DNA from: Octopus sinensis
Lineage: Eukaryota
Reading direction: 5' to 3'
Length of the DNA: 64,000 bases
NCBI RefSeq assembly: GCF_006345805.1
Contig: NC_043001.1
Location: 35,898,001 to 35,962,000, forward strand
The notes beneath the pieces were generated by a model. That model saw only the letters and a list, made by a program, of their open reading frames with translations, had not been told where the DNA came from and searched no databases. This document shows, piece by piece, positions 54,124 to 64,000 of the stretch; position 1 is the first letter of the stretch; each line of letters starts with the position of its first letter. A program made the position numbers and the translations under genes.

Positions 54124-54495
54124 TGTTGTGTGGACGCCCCCAGACGATGAAGTAGACTAGCCCAATACGTAGATATAGAGGGAGAAATCTAGAAGTCAAG
54201 AGAGACTAGAACAGAGAAGAGTAGAGTCGAGTTGAGTAGCAGTCAATCCGAACGTGCGACTTAACAATATCTATTAGCTGTGTCAAGAAAAACCAAGGAA
54301 CCCATTTGAGAAAAGAGCTCAAATACCGCGCGGGTGAGCAAAAACAAAGGCAATACTAACGCGGGTCTACGACCGCGGACTCAGCGTACTATCGAGCCTA
54401 ATAAAAAGAGGTCGGATAATGGGGTCGAAGGGAGACGTAAACGCAGAGTCAAATAAATCCCTGGAACTCGAACACTGAAAACGCGGTTCACAACA
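54124..54495 (+). mobile_element. Probable solo LTR (372 bp)
   Basis: Perfect 7-bp inverted termini TGTTGTG...CACAACA around a CpG-rich island, with AATAAA near 54400 and 54452. No clear TSD. Confidence 0.5.
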
Positions 54496-54748
54496 GTTCG
54501 CGCAAACGAGCAATAAAGACTGACACAATTCAGGACGACTGAACTTGTACAGTGTAAGTATATAAAAGTACCTTTAAAACATGAAGGCGAAGTGGGGGAA
54601 TACACTCGATAACATTCGTAAGATGTAACTTGTACACACGGATGTATACTTGTATGTATGCATGATGTGTACGTCACACAGCTGAGCGAACACACGTGCA
54701 GCTAGATGTACCACACACGAGTATGTGTGTGCGCGCGTAAATAAATAA

Positions 54749-54749
<1 letters not shown>

Positions 54750-54800
<51 letters not shown>

Positions 54801-54845
54801 GTAGGTAGGTAGGTAGGTAGGTAGGTAGGTAGGTAGGTAGGTAGG

Positions 54846-54905
<60 letters not shown>

Positions 54906-54940
54906 CAGGTAGGTAGGTAGGTAGGTAGATAGATAGGTAT

Positions 54941-54980
<40 letters not shown>

Positions 54981-54985
54981 GTAGG

Positions 54986-55037
<52 letters not shown>

Positions 55038-55086
55038 CAGACAGATAGATAGTTAGATAGTTAGATAAACAGATATATATATATAT

Positions 55087-55131
<45 letters not shown>

Positions 55132-55225
55132 CAGAGAGATAAAGAGATAGACAGACAGACAGATAGACAGACAGACAGACAAATAGATATAGATAGATAG
55201 ATAGACAGACAGAGAGAGAGAGAGA
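54750..55225. repeat. (GATA)n/(GGTA)n/(GACA)n compound microsatellite
   Basis: Read directly from the sequence. Confidence 0.95.
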
Positions 55226-55936
55226 TATGTAAGCACATATACATAGTACACGCATGTGTGCGTTTATATGCGTGAGGGTAAGCTTGCGTGTGAGAGCATG
55301 CGTGTATCTGTGCGTTCTTGTGCGTGCGTGTGTGATAAATAAACATATGGTGTATGTGGAATAGCGTGTGTTGCAATGTTACTCATTTATTTCCTTAAGT
55401 GTACGTACGCTGTGTGTGTGTGTGTGTGCTTCGTACGTACGTACGTATGTGTGAGTCTAACAACGCGGTTTGCCCAATCGTCTGAGCAGAACACATTGTT
55501 TCACGGTGAATTTAGTTTCGTTTCTCATCTTTCTAATTCTTTCAGTCGGGTTATTTATGTCCCTCTACAATGTTACTATAAATTCTTTCTCCCGTTTACC
55601 AAATTCTACTCTCGCTGGAGTCGCCAGCTCACTCCAGTTATTATTTAATCGTATTTAATCGTATAATGGTATTTCCGTCTCGTTTTTATTTTGTTCTTTT
55701 TTTTTTCTTGCTTTTCTTTCGTTGTTTATACTTATATGAGAAGCCTAAATCTTGGGACAGTAGACCCCCTTAAATACTTCATAGTTAATGCCGTCTGACT
55801 GTTTGTTATACGCTTTGTGACAGCGTGTGTCATAGGTTCATGACATTCTTCAACTCCGGCCTCAGCAAAGTCTCCTTCACTCTCTTCATCAGTACTGTAA
55901 CTCTCTCTCTCTCTACTTCTGTGTGCGTGTGTGTGT

Positions 55937-56019
<83 letters not shown>

Positions 56020-56165
56020 ATGTATAAACGATGCATAGGTATCTCTCTCTCTCTCTCTCTCTCTCCCTCGCTTTTGTCTAACTATCTAGCAAGCCGATAT
56101 TCCTCTATCTATTTATCTATAAATAAATATTTATGTATGTTTTACATACAGTAAAAGAGCAAAGA

Positions 56166-56207
<42 letters not shown>

Positions 56208-57188
56208 GCACACACACACACACGCACTCCTTAATTGAAGGATTACACAGACTATCACATCCGTTCAAGTTCTACAAGGAAATGAAGTTTAACCGTGACT
56301 TTGAAGTTTTGAAGTCACAGTCAACTTTTTCGATCAAAAATCAGACAAACAGACAGATAAACAGACAGACAAACAGACATACATACAGACAGACAGACAG
56401 ATAGATCCTTTGCGAAAAAGTGGAGTACTGCACTCCACTTCAGGATCATGTGACCTATCTGTACATCCATCCATCTATGCCTCTCTCTCATTTTCCGTCT
56501 ATGTCCTTTCCTCAATCAACCTACCAATTACGTTATCTTTCAGACGAGTGATAGATTATACCTGACTGTACATACGTATGAAAACGTATACATTTAAATA
56601 TATTTAATATGGCATTATATATATATACATGCGTATAAGCAGCAAAAAAATAAGGATTAACAATATATGTGTGCCGCTCGTGTATCCACTGTAGCTATAG
56701 AAAAAATGAGTACGTGACATCACAACAATACAGGATTATTAAAATGTCTCATAATAAATATATATACTTCGTTTAACTATAGTTTTCTTTTCATATATTA
56801 TTCAGTAATAATCTTTTCTAGTTTGCTGTCAATGGCTTTTGATAATAGATATTGTTTTATACAGAATAGAAATGTGTCATTATAGGAAAGCGAGATAATA
56901 TTCATTGTCTTAAAAGACGGTTTTTTTTTTATGTGTATATTGTTTTATGTATTTCAGAAAAATGTCATGTCAAAAGATGAGAGAATATTCATTGTATTAA
57001 AACTGGCACAATATACCGTAAGTGCTTTTGTACAAGTACACATGCATGCATGCATGCATTGCATGCATACATACATACATACATACATACATACATACAT
57101 GCATACATACATACATACATATACACACTCATACAGAGGCGGTATCCCAGTATGACCTGAATCTAATGACCGAAACAAGTAAAAGATG

Positions 57189-57228
<40 letters not shown>

Positions 57229-57317
57229 CATACATATATACATTCGTATATATATATATATATATGTATATGTATAAATATGCATATATATACACATATA
57301 TACATACAGACATGTAT

Positions 57318-57356
<39 letters not shown>

Positions 57357-57396
57357 CGTACATATATACATATATCCATACATATATACATATATG

Positions 57397-57440
<44 letters not shown>

Positions 57441-57519
57441 TACGTATATACATCTATCTATTAATCTATGTATGTGCGCGTGCCTGCGAGTGTGTGTGTG
57501 TGTGTGTGTGTGTGTATCG

Positions 57520-57693
57520 CTTGTTTCAATGCTTGAACACCAGCGTTGCTGGTGCACCGCCTTGATGAGTTTAAACGAGCAAATCGAGCCCAGTACTTAC
57601 TTTTAAACCATCAGTCTCTCTTTGCCTAATCGCTGAGTTACAGGTATGTTAACACACCAACAGCAACTGTTAAGTGGTTGTGGGAACGAATAC
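57520..57693 (-). mobile_element. Very old SINE family A right-half remnant
   Basis: GCTGGTGCACCGCCTT...GAGCAAATCGAGCCCAGTACTTA...CGCTGAGTTAC...AACACACCAACA. A plus-strand tail fragment also lies at 57138-57188. Confidence 0.65.
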
Positions 57694-58221
57694 ATCTCAA
57701 ACACAAAGGGACAAAGCACCTTAGTTTTTTTTTTCATTCGCAAAATATGCACTTTTTAAAAGGAAAGAAAAAAATTTGAAAATCGACTATAATTATGTAG
57801 TATTCCAATCTCATTGCTTTGGAGGTATGATGTTATGGAGAGACAAAAATTGGAGTAAAATGTTACAGAGGGTTAAATATCGAAAAAACTGTGTATTTTT
57901 AGACCATAGGGAGACAGAAATTTTCTGCGCTTAGCGGAGCGGTGTCAACTTTGTGGTTTTACCCTGTGAAATATATAGTTCAGCGTCTGACCTGTTCATT
58001 GATGGTTTCTAAATAAACAGAAATACCTAATAAAATCAACATGTATCATCTTACTGTTTCTTTTGTCTCTTCGATGATTGTATTTTTTAATTATTTTTTA
58101 AATTTGTTATATTAATATATTTGTCTGTATGGGTTTTACTTTATGCGTATTTCAGTATAATATATATTTGTCATGCATTAGTGTACATCCTTTATATAAG
58201 TGTGGTGTGTGTGTGTGTGTG

Positions 58222-58267
<46 letters not shown>

Positions 58268-59048
58268 GGTGACGTCTGTCTCCAAAATTTCAAAGTTGAC
58301 GCTTGGATTTGTAAACTACGATAAGAATAACATTGGTCAACATAGAATTTCTCCTAAGAAAGAGAATACTTGTATCTTATGTTTTTGCATGCAGAATTCA
58401 AAAAATAATGTCAAATCATCTGTATCACCCACGGTTCCTCTGTTCCACGATATCCCTCTCAGTTCCTTTTATGTGGGTAAAAATTTCGGTTTAGCTGTTG
58501 AAATGTGAAGCTAACGGTTTAAGAAATACTTTTAATTTGAATTGTTATGAATAGAATCAACCTAGGGAAATCATAAATCCAGCTATCTTAGTCAATGAGT
58601 CCCAAAAATATATGATATGAAATATATGAAAAAATACTAGCACACAGAAAAATACTAACACTCAGAAGCACAGAAAAATATGTATTATAACTAACACACA
58701 GAAAAATTAAAACAAAACACGCGGGTGGAAAAGAATTTCGTGGTGTGGAGAATCAAGTGTAAAACATCAACATAGACGACAGTGAGACATAACACATTGT
58801 GCGGTTGTCATGGTGACAAACTGCTAATGCCACGTTGTCTGTTAATTGGCTCAAGTTACCTAAATTTCCCCAACTTTAATTCCAAATAACATCAGATTCT
58901 TTAATTTACGAGATAAAGTAATTGGTTGATCGTAATCAAAATTTAGGGTTGCATCGATGCACCAAAATTGAAAGCAATCTGAGCAAAATTAAGTGGGGAT
59001 CATTTTGCGAATGAGAAAGACTTGATACGAGACAAATACACACACATA

Positions 59049-59428
59049 GGCGCAGGAGTGGCTGTGTGGTAAGTAGCTTGCTAACCAGCCACATGGTTTC
59101 GGGTTCAGTCCCACTGCGTGGTATCTTGGGCAAGTGTCTTCTGCTATAGCCCCGGGCCGACCAACGCCTTGTGAGTGGATTTGGTAGACGGAAACTGAAA
59201 GAAGCCTGTCGTATATATGTATATATATATATATATGTATGTGTGTCTGTGTTTGTTCCCCTAGCATTGCTTGGCATTGCTGGTGTGTTTAAATCCCCGT
59301 CACTTAGCGGTTTGGCAAAAAGAGACCGATAGAATAAGTACTGGGCTTACAAAAAGAATAAGTCCCGGGGTCGAGTTGGTCGATTAAAGGCGGTGCTCCA
59401 GCATGGCCGTAGTCAAATGACTGAAACA
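59049..59428 (+). mobile_element. SINE family A, near full length
   Basis: Matches the copy at 12434. Confidence 0.92.
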
Positions 59429-59459
59429 CACGTTTATATATGGCATCAGGAATCGACAA

Positions 59460-59690
59460 TTAATTGGTAGCGTGTACCATGCTTTCGCTGGTGTTTTTCA
59501 GGTGCTTGTGTAGCCCTGAGACGTAAAAGACACAATCTTGGTTTTCACATGACCCAACGACACGCCATGGAAATGACAACTAAGTGGAGAGTAGACTACT
59601 GTTAGCGTCCAGCTGGTATCTATCATAACTGGATTGACTGGACGTGAATTAACTGATGTTACCCGGTATACGAATCGAACCCACAACCTC
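59460..59690 (-). mobile_element. Possible degraded tRNA-derived SINE of another family
   Basis: Minus-strand B box GAGGTTGTGGGTTCGATTC is followed by CORE-like TCCAGTCAATCCAGTTATGATAGATACC. Confidence 0.3.
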
Positions 59691-59785
59691 ATATATAGAA
59701 ATTTCTGAACCATCCTATATATTTGCATGTGAGTATCGTAATTGATATAAACACACGCCCTATGCGTACAGAAATAGTGCACTCA

Positions 59786-59993
59786 TACTCTCTCTTTACC
59801 CTTTTACTTGTTTCAGTCATTTGACTGCGGCCATGCTGGATCACCGCCTTTAATCGAGCAACTCGACCCCGGGACATATTCTTTTGTAAGCCCAGTACTT
59901 ATTCTATCGGTCTCTTTTGCCGAACCGCTAAGTAACGGGGGACATAAACACACCAGCATCGCTTGTCAAGCAATGCTAGGTGGACAAACACAG

Positions 59994-60085
<92 letters not shown>

Positions 60086-60246
60086 TACGACGGGCTTCTT
60101 TCAGTTTCCGTCTACCAAATCCACCCACAAGGCTTTGGTCGACCCGAGGCTACAGTAGAAGACACTTGCTCAAGGTGCCACGCAGTGGGACTGAACCCGA
60201 AACCATGTGGTTGGTAAACAAGCTACTTACCACACAGCCACTCCTG
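59786..60246 (-). mobile_element. SINE family A, full length
   Basis: Reverse complement of the copy at 12434. Confidence 0.92.
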
Positions 60247-60814
60247 TATACGTATACGTTGAGCGAAATATACACCCATTTGTGTACGCCTCACACACAC
60301 ACTAATACTTGACACATATTTTCCCCCTCTCTCGCATATGTGTTTATAAACACCCGGATTGTAAACGCGCGCGCACACACATATTTTCATATATATTTCC
60401 TCCATTTTCTTACATTCATTTGTGCATAAGAGTCTATTTCCTTGTATCTGTGTCTCTATCTGTGTGTGTGAGCGCGCGTATTCGTACGGTAAAGATATAG
60501 CATGTATGTATAAGTAAATAAATTGAATATTTTGTAACTTAACCCCAGTTTAGCAAATTGGTCTGACCTTACTTATCAACATACTAAAATACTAAGAGGA
60601 CTCATTCCGTCATATATTTACTGGCTGCTTGCTATCACAGTGCGTGAACCTTACAACTCAAGCGCTATTTTTATGGTCGTTGCCAATGATCTAAGGGCAG
60701 CTACTGTTGAAAATTCGCTGGATATTTCAACAACGTTCAAGGCTCCAACTGGCATCCTGGCGCCAGTTAAGTCGATTAAATAGAAACAACAGCTGGTAAT
60801 AGGATTTGAACTTT

Positions 60815-60815
60815 G

Positions 60816-60853
<38 letters not shown>

Positions 60854-60917
60854 GTATGTATGCATGCATGTATGTATGTATGTATATATATATATAGTAT
60901 GTATGCATGTATGTATA

Positions 60918-60961
<44 letters not shown>

Positions 60962-61055
60962 TATAATGTATGTATGCATGTATGTATATATATATATATA
61001 TACATACATACATACGTATATAGATAGATAGATATACATACGTATACAAATTCCC

Positions 61056-61097
<42 letters not shown>

Positions 61098-61098
61098 T

Positions 61099-61134
<36 letters not shown>

Positions 61135-61156
61135 CGTATATACATATGTATAAATA

Positions 61157-61194
<38 letters not shown>

Positions 61195-61270
61195 TACAAA
61201 CTCCTGTATATGTATGTACGCATGTATGTATGTATGTCTGTATGTACACGTACGTACGTATGCATGTATG
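60815..61270. repeat. (TA)/(TATG) compound microsatellite
   Basis: Read directly from the sequence. Confidence 0.9.
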
Positions 61271-61473
61271 AATTTCTTCCGCGGATTTGTATTTGAAAAT
61301 AAATCCGGTCAGGATGACATTACTTGTCACTGTATATGAAAAAAGTGAAACCTGAACATGTTTTTCCATTATGTCTCTGAAAATTATTTGGTCTGGTCGC
61401 TGTTATGCTTTGACTTCAATTTATCCCTCTACCCACTTATATGTCCAGCTCTTTCTTTCTTTCTTTCTTTCTT

Positions 61474-61508
<35 letters not shown>

Positions 61509-61856
61509 CTCTCTCTTTCTTCCTCTCTCGTTCTCTCTCTCACGCTCTCATAAATACATATGTATGTACGTATGTATGTTTGTATAATTATTGAAACTCA
61601 GTATTTCTCTCGCGGTTCGAATTTCATGCCACCTCGATCTTAAAAGCGAGAACCTTTTTATACCTTACAGAGACATGCTACTTAAATCGTGTGGTAAGTA
61701 AACAGCCTCAATAAGCCATATGCTCTACAATATATACTGGGCACCCCTCTTTCAATTGTTCGACACAATTTAAAGTTTGTCATTGCACATGAGTATTTAT
61801 GCATATGAGCTGAAGGTGACTATATAAATGCTCGAATTGCAATAAACAGCAACATA

Positions 61857-62255
61857 GGCGCAGGAGTGGCTGTGTGGTAAGTAGCTTGCTTACCAACCAC
61901 ATGGCTCCGGGTTCAGTCCCACTGCGAAGCATCATGGGCAAGTGTCTTCAACTATAGCCTCGGGCCAACCAAAGCCTTGTGAGTGGATTTGGTAGATGGA
62001 AACTGAAAGAAGCCCGTCGTATATATGTATGTATATGTATATGTTTGTGTGTCTGTGTTTGTCCCCCTAGCATTGCTTGACAACCGATGCTGGTGTGTTT
62101 ACGTCCCCGTTACTTAGCGGTTCGGCAAAAGAGACCGATAGAATAAATACTGGGCTTACAAAGAATAAGTCCCGGGGTCGATTTGTTCGACTAAAGGCAG
62201 TGCTCCAGCATGGCCGCAGTCAAATGACCGAAACAAGTAAAAGAGTAAAAGAGTA
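61857..62255 (+). mobile_element. SINE family A, full length
   Basis: Matches the copy at 12434; tail GTAAAAGAGTAAAAGAGTA. Confidence 0.92.
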
Positions 62256-62945
62256 TAAATTCAATCAGTATTGCCTTAAATTCGTAAATTAGTGCTAGAT
62301 GATTACCCAGAAAGTGATTGCTCGCTTTGGACTATTTTTGATTATACGTTGATCTGCGTGATCTGTGTTGATCTGAGCATGTATGTTGATCTATGAGTCT
62401 GTGATGGTGTATATGTAGCTTTCTCTGTCTGCGTAGAACCTTTTGTCATTTTTCTGTCTTCGATTTATGAGAAACGAGAGCGCAAACCACTTCAAATCGC
62501 TTCATTTAATACAGAAATCTAAGTTCCATAAATACGTAGTAAAGCGGTCTAAATACTATTAATTAGATCCCAATTTCTATACACTCCGACATCAAATTCC
62601 TCAAGCAACAACTTTTGTTATCACCCCACCAAAACAAAAAAACTATGTTGCGGTTGCTTTTATCCACAGTTCTATTCTTTACTCCTTGAACAATGATTCT
62701 ACCTAACCAAGAAATCAATATCATAATAGTTAAGTGCGAGTACCATAGAACATGGCTTCTCATGGGGGTATTATTTTGACTGAAAAGGGTGTGGACAAAT
62801 TAGCACGATATTGTATGTTGTAGCTTCAGTTTTATAATTTGCTCACCACCATAGCGAATAAAGGATAATCCCATATATTCAAGGTCTGTTTAGTATTCTC
62901 ATTAATAAAGAGTAGAGATGTAAAAGAACTTATTATTTTTATATA

Positions 62946-63116
62946 GGCGTAAGAGTGGCTGTGTGGTAAGCAGCTTGTTTACCAGCCACATGGTTCCCGG
63001 TTCAGTCCTACTGCGTGGCACCTTGGGCAAGTGTCTTCTACTATAGCCTCGGGCTGACCAAAGCCTTGTGAGTGGATTTGGTAGACGGAAACTGAAAGAA
63101 GCCCGTCGTATATATA
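62946..63116 (+). mobile_element. SINE family A, left half only
   Basis: Ends exactly at the internal CGTCG(TA)n. Confidence 0.9.
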
Positions 63117-64000
63117 AATATACCCAAAAGCTCTTACGAATTACAAAAGATACGATTTCTCTCATAGATTTTGACATTGTGCCTCAGTTTTAATTTTTGA
63201 CTACCTATTGAAGAAAATGTTTAAAGCACGAAACTAAATTCCATGCTATACACATTTTTATCAATACGTTGATGGAACGGATTAAAATCAATGAAGACTG
63301 TAATGAAACTTAACCTTCTCAAACTAAAATATATACGGAAGAACAATATTTCATTACTTTACATAGTAAGTTTTCGTTCCTGAGCACTCTTAATTACTGG
63401 TCAAATGTTTTTTGTACCTCCAAGAAATTTAATCAATTCACGTCTAACACTCACAATTTTTTGTTTCCGGCTGTAGTATGATTCTCCAGATGTTATAGGT
63501 ACATAAATGAAAGTCTCATCTTAATATTCATAATATCGCTCTTTGATATTTCCGATCGATACGTGTACTACTCTTACATGTAGCATACGATTATTTAAGC
63601 CATCTGGTTTTCCATATCGGTAGACTACTCCAGATTTGTGGATTTTAAAGATTCAAGAAAATGTGTATACTATCTGGGACGTTCGTTCTGGTAAAGTATT
63701 TACATCAAATTAGTCATCGGAGAATACATAACATGTCGAATCTTTCCTTAAGATATACATAATGTTAGATCATTCTTCTGACAAATAGCATAACAGGTAC
63801 AGTTCTGAGTATGAAACAGAAAACTTAGTTGTCAGATATTTAATTCATAGGACATGTTCGACTACTTCAAAAATCGAAAGAACCATGTACACACCATACT
63901 TGAGGCCTTGCTGAGGCACGAATACGTTGAGCTTAAGTTGGAGTTTATGATCTAAATATTAGGGAATAAGCAGATTGAGACACGAAACCAGTCGTTCTAG

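Noticed and set aside
58804-58817. RFX X-box-like GTTGTCATGGTGAC with a nearby ATTGG
   Set aside because: It has two mismatches to the consensus, no associated gene, and is plausible by chance in 64 kb.

Overview
This is AT-rich, microsatellite-dense, non-coding animal DNA (intron or intergenic). The SINE families look like those of Octopus, but this is recognised from memory, not from a database search. I can support no intact host gene, tRNA, rRNA or CRISPR. Nearly all supplied ORFs are translations of microsatellites or SINEs; only 39554-39958 is real protein sequence (C-terminus of a CR1 LINE ORF2). The window is a layered archive of mobile DNA: three tRNA-derived SINE families (about 25 full or partial copies), CR1, RTE and Rex1-like LINE remnants, two internally deleted mariners, a non-autonomous Helitron, a probable solo LTR, and decayed Gypsy- and Copia-like pol fragments. 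The most interesting signal is a set of short non-coding elements sitting in or beside (TA)n tracts that carry minimal hammerhead-ribozyme folds with non-canonical cores. Four copies of one family all lack the conserved A6, a second family has A9 replaced by C, and a third motif lies downstream of a decayed GIY-YIG endonuclease. Together these suggest Penelope-like or retrozyme-like elements that target microsatellites.
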